A stretch of DNA of 64,000 nt from the human T2T-CHM13v2.0 reference genome, Homo sapiens (GCF_009914755.1 NC_060925.1); one strand, 5' to 3'; counted from the first letter of the stretch, positions 33,285 through 50,719 are shown. Translations and numbers: made by a program. Notes: generated by a model not told the origin, from the sequence alone.

Positions 33285-36198
33285 CTATTTAACTAACTTT
33301 CTCATCCTCTTCTTTCTCCATTTAAAACTTATAACTGGGACTCATAAAATCTTGAGCTTCTAACTTGAGGTGGATATAGGACAATCCTAAACACTGCACT
33401 GAGACCTTTAACGCTGTCAGATTTCCTGGTACCTCTAAGACTGTTGTGTATATAATTGTGGGGCCTCAGAGTCACCAGGCACCTGGCCCACCCCTGTCAT
33501 TTCCCTGTTATATGGGTCAGCCAGACCTCTTGAAAACCTCCAATGACAGAAAAAAAAGATCGCTATCTCCCAGATTATTTAATTTTTATATAGCTCTCAT
33601 TTTTGAAAGCTCTTCCTTGCTCAGGGCAAATTCATTTCCTATAATAATAGGAGTTCATTTTCTGTCTTAATATGAAAGAGAATCGGTACCCTAGCATGTG
33701 GTGTATTAAACATTCAAAACCCAATTGAACATTTGCTGTGTGCAAAGTGCTGCTGTGGGTACCGGTGACTTCTCCGTCATCTTACACCTCACCAGCACAA
33801 CATCACGGTGCTAGTATCTAGATTTTGCCTTTTGTCTTCTGGTATCACTTTTATGTGGGGGAAGAATAAATTTGGCTGTACCATAGGAATTTTCAAGACT
33901 GTTCAGGGCGGTGATCTGATGCTCTGAAGACTCTGAATAAAATAAATGAGGTCAGCTCCACAAAACATCAAAGAGTGCACTGCCGTTTGCCAGGAAACAC
34001 TGCAGAGCAAGTATGTAGTGGAAAGGAATGAATATTTTTCCAGGACATAAAGTCCACTGATAGATTCAGATGTTCTAGTTATAATGCTCAAATCAGAGGT
34101 GACACAAAGTAACAGTACAGGTGGGAGGTGAGTAAATAAACACATAGCTGCCCCTAGATTTTGCAGGCTTTTAAATAGGCTTTCCTGACTGCCCAGCTCT
34201 AAAGTTCTGGGAGAAAGAGAGAGGCTGGGATTTGGGACACATACGTGTTGAAGAAAGAGTAAAGGAACAGCTGATTACTGGAGAAAGTCACACTTCCCAG
34301 CCTCCTCACTGGCCCACCATTAGAGGAAGACTCCTCTTCCTTTCCTTCTCAAGGCCTCAAAAGAGAAGAGGAAGCTTTTCTTTATCAGCATGAATTCCCC
34401 CAGGAAATGTCTCAGTGAATCTCAAACACAGTGTAGCTCTCCACTTCTCTAATTTAACTCAGGACTGCGTGACCCAAAGTCAAGAAATGGAATCCTTTTA
34501 GAAATACTAAATCAATACTCAAAGATTCACCCCAAAAAAAACATAATGAACACACACATATCCCTATTCTCAACTACAACACTTACAAACATCATTCTGC
34601 CCCTATTTCATCTGTTCCTCTCTTTTCCTTAGAAACATCTTTTGCATCTACGCCATAAAATAAGTTTATATTCACAATTTAAGTTGAAGATTTCCAAATG
34701 CCCCCGGTCATCACTGTCCACTGGTACTCCTCGGATGGTCATTTTTCGTGTGCAGGAGACAGTTTGTTCTCAGTCCCTCAAGAACTCATTTAAAAGTCAT
34801 ATTGTAATGAAAATACTTTGACTGTAAAAATTATATCTTGGGAAATTATACATGTATTCACTATCTTGCTTCACCAGGGAAATGTTCATATTTTTCTGAA
34901 GCTCCTGTTTTCTTGGGTGAATATACCAATTCGATACCTGTTGCTGTTAAGGTGTTTGGGTGGCTGTCAGTAGTGAGTGCCTCATTTACTCTGGGCACAG
35001 TGAAAGAGAACTTTTTGAAAATTACACTTACATGGAATTCAGGTAAACTTGACATGGAACAGGCTGGAACAGTTAGACATTCCCCAGATTATTTCATAAA
35101 TCTCCATTGTGTTGTGAAGGGAATGACCTGTCTCCCTCCTGATAAGGTTTCTGCCCAGCACTCAAAAATGTCTGGATAGCGACTGGTTAAATGGCATCCA
35201 AATCTTGATACAAGTGCATGGGTGGAGCTAGGGCCTTTTAATAGCCATAAATATTAACAGCACACATCTCTCACAGAACAAAGTTCAGTATCCTTTCATC
35301 TAAAATGGTATAATTTAATTGTATGGCTAATATGAATCTAAAGCAGGTAATTAAATAAATCCTTAAAGTTTCATGTTCCCAAAATCACAGTTTCACCTAC
35401 CAACCCTGCATGCCCATAATATGTTCCAATTCCTTTCATAAGTTTTATATTTATTTTCTTCCAGGAAACTTATGAACTTCATGTATGCGCATTCTATCTT
35501 CATTAAGCACTGCTAAATAGGCCTTTTAATTTTTATTCATAGGAAAAAAGGAATCTTTTTATAGGCCTGGTTAACACCATAAAGTATAACAACAGGTAAT
35601 GATCCTAACATGAGCAATACTATATTAGTGTGTAAGCAGAAACTATTATTTTTAAGAAAAGACCAAACCTAAAAGTTGTTCCACATAATTTGAATTACCT
35701 GCAGTTGAGCCTCATACTAAAAAATGTATTAAAATTAGATATACATAACATTTTACATGTAAATTCAGAAATGTAGATATAGGCCGATGTAATGTCAAGA
35801 ATAAGAGTAACAGATGACCTTGAAATGATAAGACTCTTAATTGCCAGAAGGAGAAATTGGAAATATCTACTTAAGCTTGTAATATTATGACCAAGCTACT
35901 CCCACCTACACAAAATGAAGATGAATGAAACAGAACCCTTGTCAACAGGAGTTAGTAAAAATTCATGGCCCGATTATTGACAGTTGATTCTTCTTTTATT
36001 TTACATGCAAGTAGAAGAAAATCAATTACTTAAGCAAGTTTTTTTTTTTAAAGCCAGTGAGAAACTGGTAGAGACTCTTATGGTTTTGTTTAAAGAGTAT
36101 AAATTATGAAATGAATTCCTACATTTTAAAATGTCATGAAGAGTAAGTGCCAGAATGAGTTGAGCCTAAATGCTACACACACAAAACTAAATAGTTTA

Positions 36199-37259
<1,061 letters not shown>

Positions 37260-40200
37260 TGATTTTTCTTTGGCTTTTTATACGTTTTAAATATTTAACA
37301 ATAAAAAATGAGTGACAGGGAAAAAATAGCTTCTAAGTTTGGATAATATGGAATAATGCTAACATATCACAGAACAAAAAAAAAACTATCATCTACTTCT
37401 ATTTCCTCCTAAGAGAATGGTACAATTAGTTGTATAAGAAAACATAGATGGTCCACTCAAATTTAAAAAATACAAATTCCCAAAGACATTTCAGAAAAAT
37501 AAAAGTTTCGATTTTGTTCCAAGAATTGATACAACCACTTGTTAGAAGCAATAAAAGGATAAATTTTGCCCAACTTTACAATGGTCTTCTAATACTTCTG
37601 CCCAAGAGTAGGCTAGGCCACTTTGGATGGTTTAGTGCTCCCATGAGAAGTGTTTAAGTACAAGCTACACAGTAACGTTTCAGTATTACAGAAAGCATGC
37701 TCAGTTTAGATGCATAAAAATCATCTGGAGGCAGCCAGAGGGAACAGCTCCCACCCAGGGACCTCGATGACAGGTGTGTTCCTAACAGATCTGCAGAGGG
37801 AGGGCACCCAGAGTGGATGGAGGGAAGACACAAGCTGGGCTGAAGGGGAGAAAGTTGGGAACACTGTATGAGGCTACTGTACATTGGAACTCATTCCTGG
37901 CCCGCAAAGACTCTGGGGGAATGGGTCAGTTGAACTGGCAAGGAGCAACCCAGTCTTGCCACAGGCCTCCAGAACCCCAGCAGAAGGAGACCCCTTGACC
38001 ACCATGAACACTCAAGTTGGCAGGGAGAGCTGCTTAGAGAAGTGGTAAGGGCAACAAGTCAGCTGATGTGGAGCCCAGAGGGTTTGGTGCAGGAGCATTT
38101 GTAGCAGAGCTCAACCAGGGACGGCTATCCCCCTAGGCATGGCTCACTCCCATAGGAGACTTTAGCCCTAGGGGAGCTGTCTGATCTGAATTCCGCAGGG
38201 CAGTCTTGCCCATCATAGAGGGCCAGATCAACCTGAGCACCCTTTGGTCTGCTGGCCTCTCCTGGGGCCCCAGCCTGGCCATGCCTGCTTGCAGGGCAGT
38301 CTCAGGTGCCCTGGGGGCCTGCATCATAACTTCTGCACTGGCAGACTTGCCTGACCAGTGGAGAGCTCCAGCATGGCGGAGCCTAGAGGAGGGTCCCCAT
38401 AGGGACCTTCTCCCCATACTGCGGCTTCCCCTAGGCCCATGGCAACTTCTCACATCTCCTTGCTGACACATGTCTTTGTGGGCAGGTTTTGCCATCCTTG
38501 CCCCGCCAGCACACAGGAGTGCAGTCTGCCCTCCCAGCTTCATCATCTGCCATTGCAGATGAAGCTTTGGTGGGCAGAAAGCCAGCCAGCCCCACCATCA
38601 CCTTACCCTTGTGCTAACACTGTGCAGAGAACAGCAGATCCTCCCAGCTCCCTGAATGACCACTCCTGTTTACAGGGCGCAGAGGGGCCACCCAGACTTG
38701 GGTCCACCAGCGCCCTCCCCCTGAGCCAAGACCACCTCTACTGCCACTGCACACATAGTTGCCAGCAAAGGCCCCCATAACTGGGTTGCCTCCACCACTC
38801 TGGTGAGTGCCTGCAGAGAGGCAGGCACCCCAGAACCCGCTAGCACCCTGGCACCCACTAGTACTGCAGCTGCTGCTACAAGGAAGGATTCTGCTGTCAC
38901 CACACTATGAAACACTTTGGCTGACAACATCCTTCAGAGTATAGTGATCAGCGGTCTAGGAGCACCTTGGCCCCCCAAACACAGCAGATTTCTAACTCCA
39001 AGGAGCCAGAGAACAATCTTGGGGCCCAACACAAGTCCCTCAGAGATAACGTACAGCAGTTTAGTAGTTGGGAACTGAGTGCTGGCACCCTAAAAATCTT
39101 CCAGAAATGAAGCCAGTTGGCTGAATCCACCTTATTATACCACAATCAAATCCTCAAGCTCATGAGATAGGATAAAAGAAAAAAACCATCCATAGGTCAG
39201 CAACCTCAAAGACTGAAGGTAGATAAGCCCACAAAATGAGAATGAATCAGTACAAGAACCCTGACAATTCAAAAAGCCAGAGTGCCTTCTTTCTTCCAGA
39301 CAACCACATCACTTTTCCAGCAAAAGCTCTGAAGCAGGCTGAGATGACTGAAATGACAGAGCTAGAATTCAGAATATGGATAGAAAGGAAGATTATTGAG
39401 CTACAAGAGTGTGCTGAAACCCAATCCAAGGAAGCTAAAGATCATAAAACAGTACAGAAGTTGACAGACAAAATAGCCAGTATAGAAAAGAATGTTACTG
39501 ACCGGATAGAGCTGAAAAAACACAATACAAGAATTTCATAACACAGGTGCAAGTACTAATAGCAGCATAGCCCGAATGGAGGAAAGAATCTCAGAGCTTG
39601 AAGACTGGCTTTCTGAAATAAGACAGTCACCCAAGAACAGAGAAAAGAATAAAAAGGAGTGAACAAAATCTCCAAGAAATATGGGATTATGTAAAGAGAC
39701 TAAATCTATGACTCATTGGTGTCCCTGAAAGAGATGAGGAGAATGGAACCAACTTGGAAAATGTAATTCAGTATACGATGCAAGAGAACTTCCCCAACCT
39801 AGGTGGAGAGGCCAACATTCAAATTCAGGAAATGCAGAAAACCCCAGTAAGATATTTCACAAGGAGATCATCCCCAAGACACATCATCATCAGATTCTCC
39901 AAGGTAGAAGTGAAAAAAATGTTAAAGGCAGCTAGAGAGAAATGTTAGGTCACCAACAAAAAGAAGCCCATCACACTAATAGGGGAATGCTCAGCAGAAA
40001 CGGTATAAGCCAGAAGAGACTGGGGGACAATATTCAGCATTCTTAAAGGAAAAAAACTCCAACCTAGAAATTCATATCTAACTAAACTATGGTTCATAAG
40101 CAAAGGAGAAATAAGATCTTTTTCAGACAAGCAAATGCTGAGGAAATTTGTTATTACCAGACCTGCCTTATAAGAGCACCTGAAGGAAGCACTAAATATG

Positions 40201-41333
40201 GAAAAGAAAGACCATTACCAGCCACCACAAAAACACACTGAAGTATACAGACCAGTGGCATTATGAAGCGACCACTTAAACAAGTCTGCAAAATAACCAG
40301 CTAACATCATGAAGACATGATCAAATCCACACTTAACAATACCTTGAATGTAAATGGGCTGAACACCCCAAATAAAAGACACATAGTGGCAAGCTGAATA
40401 AAAATCCAAGACCCATTGGCATGTTGTCTTCAAGAGACCCATCTCATACGCAATGACACATAGGCTTAAAATAAAGGGATGGAGAAAAATCTACCAAGCA
40501 AATGGGAAACAGAAAAAAGCAGGGATTTCAATTCTAGTTTCAGACAAAATGGACTCTAAAGCAACAAAGATTTAAAAAAAAAAAAAAGACCAGGGCATTA
40601 TGTAATGGTAAAGGGTTCAATTCAACAAGATCTAACTATCCTAAATACGTATGTAGCCAACACAGGAGCACCCAGATTCATAAAGCAAATTTTTTGAGAC
40701 CTACAAAGAGACTTAGACTCACACACAATAGTTGTGGGAGGCTTTAACACCCCAGTGACAATATTAGATCATCAAAACAGAAAATTAACAAAGACATTCA
40801 GGAACACAGCAGTGGGTCAAATGGACCAGATAGACATCTACCGAATTCTCCACCCCAAAACAACAGAATATACATTCTTCTCATCACCACATGGCACATA
40901 CTCTAAAAATCAATCACACAACCAGAAGCAAAACACTCCTCAGCAAATGCAAAATAATTAAAATAACAATCTCTCAGACCACAGCACAATCAAATTAGAA
41001 GTCATGACTAAGAAACTCACTGAAAACCATACAATCACATGGAAATTGAATAACCTGCTCTTGAATGACTTTTGGGTAAATAATGAAATTAAGGCAGAAA
41101 TCAAGAAGTTTTTTGAAACCAACGCAAACAAAGATAAAACATCCCAGAATCTCTGGGACGCAGCTAAGGCAGTGTTAAGAGGAAAATTTAAATAACTAAA
41201 TGTCCACATCAAAAAGTTAGAAAGATCAAGTTAACAACTTAACATCACAACTAAAAGAACTAGAGAGCCAAGAGCAAACAAATCCCAAAGATAGCAGACA
41301 AGAAATAACCAAAATCAGAGCTGAAGGACACAG

Positions 41334-41340
41334 GTGCATG

Positions 41341-41375
<35 letters not shown>
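41334..41375. repeat. (CA)14 microsatellite within a 42-nt purine-pyrimidine alternation
   Basis: GTGCATGTGCGCG(CA)14C read directly, inside the L1 ORF2 relic. Confidence 0.95.
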
Positions 41376-41377
<2 letters not shown>

Positions 41378-42526
41378 AGATCAACAAATCCAGGAGCTTG
41401 GTTGTCTGAAAAAAATCGACCACTAGCTAGACTAATAAAGAAGAACAGAGAAGATTCAAATAAACACAATCAGAAACAACAAGGGGGATATCACCACTGA
41501 CCCCACAGAAATACAAACAACCATCAGAATATTATGAACACCTCTATGCAAATAAACTAGAAAATATAGATGAAATGGATAAATTTCTGGACACAAACAC
41601 CCTTCCAAGACTCAACCAGAAAGAAATGGAATCCCTGAACAGACCAATAGCAAGCTCTGAAATTGAGCCAGTAATGAATAGGCCTACCCACCAAAGCCCA
41701 GGATCAGACAGATTCATAGCTGAGTACTTCCAGATATACAAAGAAGACCTGGTACAATTCCTGCTGAAACTATTCCAAAGAATTGAAGAGAAGGGACTTA
41801 TCTCTAACTCATTCTATGAAACCAGCATCATTATGATACCAAAACCTGGCCAAGACACAACAAAGAAAACTTCAGCCAATATCTTCGATGAACATGGATG
41901 TAAAAATTCCCAACAAAATACTGGCAAACTGAATCCAGCAGCACATCAAAAAGCTTATCTACCACAATCAAGTAGGCTTTATCCCTGGGATGCAAGGTTG
42001 GTTCAACATACACAAATAAATGCAATTGATCACATAAACTGAACTAAAGACAAAAATCACTTTTTATCTCAATAGGTGCATAAAAGACTTTCAGTAAAAT
42101 CAACACCCCTTCATGTTAAAAACTCTCAATAAACTAGGTGTTGAAGGAGCATATCTCAAAATAGTAAGAGCCATCTATAACAAACTCACAGCCAAAATCA
42201 TAATGAATGGGCAAACGCTGGAAGCATTCCCCTTGAAAACAAGCACAAGACAAGGATGCCCTCTCTCACCCTCTCTCATCACTCCTATTAAACAGTAGTG
42301 GAAATCCTGACCAGGGCAATCATGCAAGAGAAAGAAACAAAGGGCATCCAAATAGAAGAGAGGAAGTCAAATTATCCCTGTTTGCAAATGACTGGATTCT
42401 ATATCTAGAAAACCCCATAGTCTCAGCCCACAGGCTCATTAATCTGATAAACAACTTTAGCAAAGTCTCAGGATATAAAATCAATGTGTAAAAATTACTA
42501 ACATATCTATATACCAACAACAGTCA

Positions 42527-43004
<478 letters not shown>

Positions 43005-43250
43005 AACACTGCTTAAAGACATCAGAGATGACACAAACAAATAGTAAAACATCCCATGTTCATGGATAGGAAGAATCAATATTGCTAAAATGACCATACT
43101 GCCCAAAGCAATTTATAGATTCAATGCTAGTCCTATTAAACTACCAATGATATTCTTCACAGAACTAGAAAAAAATATTTTAAAATTCATATGGAATAAA
43201 ATAAAAGAGCTCAAATAGCCAAGGTAATCCTAAGCAAAAAGAAAAAAAGA

Positions 43251-43525
<275 letters not shown>

Positions 43526-45299
43526 CTAACTATACAAATAGGGCTACAGTAACCAACAGCATGGTACACTGGTACAAAAATAGACACGTACACCAATGGA
43601 ACAGAGTAAAGAACCCAGAAATAAGGCCGTACACTTATAGCTATCTGATCTTCGACAAACCTGACAAAAACAAGCAACAGGGGAAGGATTCCCTATTCAA
43701 TAAATGGTTCTAGGATAACTGGCTAGCCATATGCAGAAGATTGAAACTAGACCCCTTACACCACATACAAAAATTAACTCAAGGTAGATTAAAGATTTAA
43801 ATGTAAAACCTAAAACTAGAGAAACCCTGGAAGGCAACTTAGGCAATGCCATTCTGGACATAGGAATGAACAAAGATTTCATGACAAAGACACTAAAAGC
43901 AATGGCAGCAAAAGCAAAAATTGACAAATGGGATCTAATTAAACTAAAGAGCTTCTGCACAGCAAAGGAAATTATCAGTAGAGTGAAGAGACAACCTACA
44001 GAATGGGAGAAAAATTTTGCAAACTATGCATCTGTAAAAGGTCTAATATCCAGCATTCTATAAAGAGCTTGCATTTACAAGAGAAAAACAAACAACCCCA
44101 TTAAAAAGTGGGCAAGGGACACGAAAACACTTTTCAAAAAAAGACATACATGTAGCCAACAAGAATATGAGAAAAGCTCAATATCACTGATTTAATGCAA
44201 ATCAGAACCATAATGAGATACCATCACACACCAGTCAGAATGACCATTATTGAAAAGTCGAAAAAAAAAATAGATGCTGGCAAGGGTGCAGAGATAAAGG
44301 AATGTTTATGCACCATTGGTGAGAGTATAAATTAGTTCAACCATTGTGGAAAGCAGTAGGGTGACTCCTCAAAGAGATAAAAGCAGAACTACCATTTGAC
44401 CCAGCAATGCTATTACTGGGTAGATACCCAGAGGAATATAAATTATATACCCAGAGGAATAGAAACCATTCTACCATAAAGACACGCACATGCAAATGTT
44501 CATTGCAGCACTATTCACAATAGAAAAGACATGGAATCAACCTAAATGCCTATCAATGGTAGACTGGATAAAGAATATGTGGTACATATACACCATGGAA
44601 TACTATGCAGGCATAAGAATGAGATCATGTCTTTTGCAGGAACATGGATAGAGCTGGAGGCTATTATCCTTAGCAAATTAATGCAGGAACAGAAAACCAA
44701 ACACTGATGTTCTCACTTATAAGTGGGAGCTAAATGATGAGAACTCATGAACACAAAGAAGGAAACAGCAGACCCTGGGGTTTACTTGAGGGTGGAAGGT
44801 GGGAGGAGGGAGAGCAGCAGAAAAGATAACTATTGGGTACTGGGTTTAATACCTGGGTGACAAAATAATCTGTACAACAAACCCCTATGACATGAGTTTA
44901 GCTATATAACAAACCTTCACATGTACCCCCAAACCTAAAATAACAGTTTTTTAAAAAGTCATTTTCATGATAGCTTAAGCTAGTTTGAACTGAGTTATTA
45001 CTTGCAATAAAGATGTTTGAACAGATACATTAGGACCATGCCTTTAAGTAACTAAAATTTCACAATGTGTTTTAATATATAATACATCAAATTCTCCATC
45101 CATCATCCTTTCACCAAAAAAAACTCTTGACTTTTCTAATGCTCCTCTTTTCAGATAACACTTTAAATCGTTTTGTCAAGTTCCAAAAGATTTCCATTGT
45201 GGCATTGGTAATATTTTTTGTTAAAATTATCAATAAATTTTGGAAAACTGATATAGTTATAGTTTGTTGATTTAGAAACATGTTGAATGCCCAGTTTAT

Positions 45300-45744
45300 T
45301 CATGTTATTTCCTGTAACTACCATTAATCTGTGGTTTCACAGTTCCTTTATTGTTTCACAGTTCTAGAGGCTAGGAGTCTGAAATCAAGGTGTTGGTAGC
45401 ATTGATTCTTCCTGAGGCTATGAGGGGGCATCTGTTCCATGCCTCTTTCCTCTCTTTTGGTGGCTTATTGGCACCTCTCTTTTGGTGGCATTCCTTGGCT
45501 TGTAGATCCCTGCCCTCATCTCCATGTGGTATTCTCATTCTCCCTCTGTATCTGCCTGTGTCCATGTTTCCCCTTTATTATAAGGCCACCAGTCATATTG
45601 GATTAGAGCCCACCATAATAACCTCATTTTAACTTGATTACCTCTGTGAAGACCCCATCTCAAAAAAAAGCCACATTCTGACATACGTACTCAGGGCTAG
45701 GGCACCAACATATCTTCTGTTAGAAGGATACAGTTCAACCCACA
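45300..45744 (-). mobile_element. MLT1 (B/C-like) MaLR LTR
   Basis: CACAGTTCTAGAGGCTAGGAGTCTGAAATCAAGGTGTTGG...CAGTTCAACCCACA. Confidence 0.8.
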
Positions 45745-46184
45745 TGAGACCTGAAGATTTTGGATTTCTTCATATAGGTCACTGCTTCCTCAAACCGAAT
45801 TCGAAGATATATTCTTTGATGTCACTAAATTCTCTATAAGAATGTAAATTTTTACTATCTTGATTTGAAATTAATATAAATAGATTATTCATGCCCATTA
45901 GTTTCTCTTACACGAAACAACTACAACAGCAATAATACCCTGCGTTAAAGAGGCGTTGCTGGGAGTCTGGGGATGCCAAGGTGGTTAGAGTTCTATGGGG
46001 GAAAGAACCAGGGAGGAGAAATGGAGAGAGACCCCTGTGATGGGCCGAGGGTCCCCCTCCAGTCTTCAGCTGAATACTGGCCCCAGAAGCACGTAGGGAA
46101 ACTACCTGAGGCCAGGAAAGGAAGCACCTACAAAAGTTTTCTCAGGCTAAATGCAGGAAAAAAAAAAAGAGAGAGAGAGAGAGA

Positions 46185-46886
<702 letters not shown>

Positions 46887-47112
46887 TTAGTAGAGGCACA
46901 ATAATATTGCAATATAGTGTCTGAGGTGAAAAATACATGAGAGAGAATTAACAGAAGTTTAGACTGAGTAAGACAAGACTAGTGAACTTGAAGAAACAGC
47001 AATAAAACTACCCCAAATGAAATACAGAAAAAAAAAAAAGACTGAAAATGGGGACTTTATTTAAAAAATGAATGGAGCATCCATACACCCAAGCATGATC
47101 TCAATAGATTGT

Positions 47113-48271
47113 TGTGAAGAAAAACACACTCACGGTGCTTTTTCCTATTCTATGCAAAACAACAGATCAACACAGAAGACTTCTGTGACCGAATGTGTGG
47201 GGTTGCTCTCAACCAACAAGCAAGCAATCAATTCTGCAGCAGCCAGCCGCTGAGTGTCCTCCAATTTGATTCTGACATTTTCTATGTGGAAAAAGTGTGA
47301 GATCCCACAGGTTGAGGGCTCAGTCCCCAAAACTGTACCCTCCTACAGATACCAGTTCCAAGTCTGGGCCTACAGAACTTCTGATCAGCCGGCTTCAAGT
47401 TGGGGTTCCCATAACTCCCTCTTCATTTTTTTTTTTTTTTGAGATAAAGTCTCACTCTGTCGCCAGGCTGGAGTGCAGTGGTGCGATCTCCGCTCACTGC
47501 AACCTCCACCTCCGGGTTCAAGCGATTTTCCGGCCTCAGCTTCTCGAGTAGCTGGGACTACAGGTACACAGCACCATGCCCAGCTAATTTTTTATATTTT
47601 TAGTGGAGATGGGGTTTTTAGTAGAGAGGGGGTATTTTTAGTAGAGATGGGGTTTCACCGTGTTGGCCAGGAAGGTCTTGATCTCCTGACCTTGTGATCC
47701 GCCCGCCTTCGCCTCCCAAAGTGCTGGGATTACAGGCGTGAGCCACCGCGCCCGGCCCCTCTTCAGTTTTGACTGATTTGCTGAGTGGCTCATGGAATTC
47801 AAGGAAACACCTAAATGTATTGGTTTATTATAAAGGATATTACAAAGGATAGAGATGAAGAGATGCATAGGGCGAGGCATGGGGGAAGGGTTGTGAAGCT
47901 TCCATGGCCTCCTTGGGCAAATATTCAGCTTTCTGGAAGCTCCTCCAAACTCTGTCCTTTCGGGCTTTTATGGAGGCTTCATTATATAGGCATGATTGAC
48001 TAAATCATTGGCCACTGGCGATCAACTTAACTTTTAGCCTTCTTCCCCACTCCCTGGAGGTTGGCCAGTGAGGCTAAAAGTCCCACCTTCTACTCATGCC
48101 TTGGTCTTTCCAGTGACCAGTCCCACTTGGAGCTACCTATGGGCTGCAGCCAACAGTCAATCATTAGCATATGAAAAGTCATGACTTTGATGATTCTAAG
48201 GATTTTATGAGTTGTGTATCAGGAAACAGGAAATGGGGTTGAAGACCATATGTACATTTTATAATATCACA
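47113..48271. mobile_element. MER21-family LTR inserted in an old L1M fragment (about 46900-48600) and interrupted by an Alu
   Basis: TG...CA termini; GATCCCACAGGTTGAGGGCTCAGTCCC and GGTTTATTATAAAGGATATTACAAAGGAT motifs. Confidence 0.75.
47426..47756 (-). mobile_element. Alu (Sc/Y-like) with an internal triplication
   Basis: TSD CCCTCTTCA; three copies of TTTTAGTAGAGATGGGG at 47597-47653. Confidence 0.94.
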
Positions 48272-49249
48272 CATGTCACAAAAGGTTAACAAAATCCAAT
48301 ACTCTTTGATAATAAAAACTCAACAAAGAAGAAACAGAGAACTACTTCAATCTGATAACGGCATCTACAAATATCCCCCAACTAACTTCACACTTAATGG
48401 TGAAAGACGAATGCTTTCCCCCTAACTCTAAGAACAAAACAAAAATGTCTGCTCTAGCTACTTCTATTCAAATTTATACTAGATCTCCTAGCCAGGAAAA
48501 TTAGGCAAGAAAAAAAATAGAAGGCATCCGGATGGAGAAGAAGGAAGCAAAACAATGTTCATTCATAGCGGACAAAGCTCAAGATATAAAATGCACAGTT
48601 CTATCTATATTTATCTCTATATATTAAAAACCATGGATTGACACTGAACCCTCCGACTCCAATCTGACACCACAGAGTTCATTCCAGTTTCTCCATTTTC
48701 AAATCTGTAACTCCCTTCTCCAATAGTTAGACACCTAGATCCCTTTTATCCTCAGTAGATTTACTTTTTGAGCCAACAGTCCTTCTGTGTAACTAATCTC
48801 CGATAGCCACACCATCTTCTATTTGAATACATTCCTGTCTTCAGTCTCTGACCCCTCACCTGCGCTGGGTTGCTCTCCCCTAAGCAGTCACCTCACAGCC
48901 AGTTACGACTGCCAATACCCCCTTCTGGGGCAGACGCCCTTCTGCTCACTCAGCAGCCCTCGCTGGGTTGCCCACACCTTCACTCTCACTCCCCCCGTGG
49001 GTGATGCCCTCCTCACTCCTCTGGGGTTCCTATATTCCACACTGGGCCACTACCACTGCCTCCTCCTCATCTAGACACTCCACCTAATGGTTTTTAGGTT
49101 GAATTATTGAAGAGGAGAGGGAGGGAGGATGAGAGAGAGGGAGGGGAAGGGAACTTTTTTTAACCTCAACTACTTCTTACATTCTTGCCAATGCATCAAA
49201 GGTTTTTAATAAGTTGATAGTTCTCTGTGGTAGTGTCTACTAAAGGTTA

Positions 49250-49760
49250 TCCTTTAGATGCCATGTGATCCAGAAATTCCAACATTAGGTAGATATACCC
49301 AAGTGTATATAGGTACAACAAAAGATGCATGTAATAATTTTCATAGGTGTGTTATTCGTAATAGCTAAACACTGCAGGAAAACATCCTACAATTGAGCAG
49401 ACAAGTAAACTCTTTTCATGTGCTATATTCATACGATAGAATGCTATACACCAATAAAAACCAAACGACTGCACATAAAACAATATGGATGAGTCTCACA
49501 GTGGAGCGAAAGATGTCAGATGTAACAAAAGAAATATTGTGTGATTCTCAACAGGCAAAAATTACCTTTAAAGTCAGCTTGGTGGAAGGAGGGGTTTGTG
49601 ACTAGAAGCACAGAGAAGCATAGGCTGGCTTTTGAAATGCCAGTAGGGTTACATTTGTTGATTTGAGTGGTTGCTATACAGGTGTGTTCATTTGTGATAA
49701 CCTGACTATGCAATTATTTGCACATGTTTCTGTATGTATGTTAGACTTTAATAAAAACAG
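49250..49760 (+). mobile_element. L1ME-like 3' fragment
   Basis: GATCCAGAAATTCCAAC...TATGGATGAGTCTCACA...TATGTATGTTAGACTTTAATAAAAA. Confidence 0.6.
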
Positions 49761-49891
49761 TTATTTAAACCAAAGTTGCTTTTTGTATTTTTAGTATTTT
49801 TGTTTTCCCTGGGAAGATGATCAGGGCTGTCACCTACCATTACATACCATTACACCAAGAACAAATTCCCTCTCTACGGTTCTGTGTATAG

Positions 49892-50263
<372 letters not shown>

Positions 50264-50719
50264 TGAACTCCTGAAAGTCAATGTTACCACTTTATTCTGC
50301 TTGTATCCAGCAATGCTTAGAATAATTTTCAATAAGTTATAGATGCTCAATATATGTTAAAGGAACAAACGACTTGCCATTTGAGTTTGTGATGCAAGTA
50401 GAATTTCCAGCTCTATCTTACAAAAATGTTTTCTGGTCGACTGGTGTTTTGGCTCTCTTGCCAGGCACCACCCATTGGAATGGCCTTGGTTTACTCTTCA
50501 TGAGGCTGTGGATTAACTCCTAAGTATCTTGGGGCTTTTCCTTATAAAGACACGACCATAAAAACTGGGTCACAGTTCTCTTGGAATTCTGCGTTCTACT
50601 GAAGTTGTTTCAGTGTTGGTAGTGGAGCTTTGCAACCTAATTAACACCATGGGAAAAGGCATTATCGGCCAGGGAAAAGCAATTCAACAGAGCTAAAGAT
50701 ACATAGCATGACTACAGAG

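Larger units (their letters stand above)
31956..33300 (+). other. RYR2: RYR2 3'UTR (about 1.34 kb to the distal poly(A) site)
   Basis: No interspersed repeats after the stop codon; ends just after ATTAAA at 33279; length agrees with my recollection of the RefSeq mRNA. End position is approximate. Confidence 0.75.

Noticed and set aside
38133-38930. ORFs of 86-137 aa on both strands
   Set aside because: They lie in the GC-rich L1 5'UTR, where stop codons are rare; no recognisable protein.
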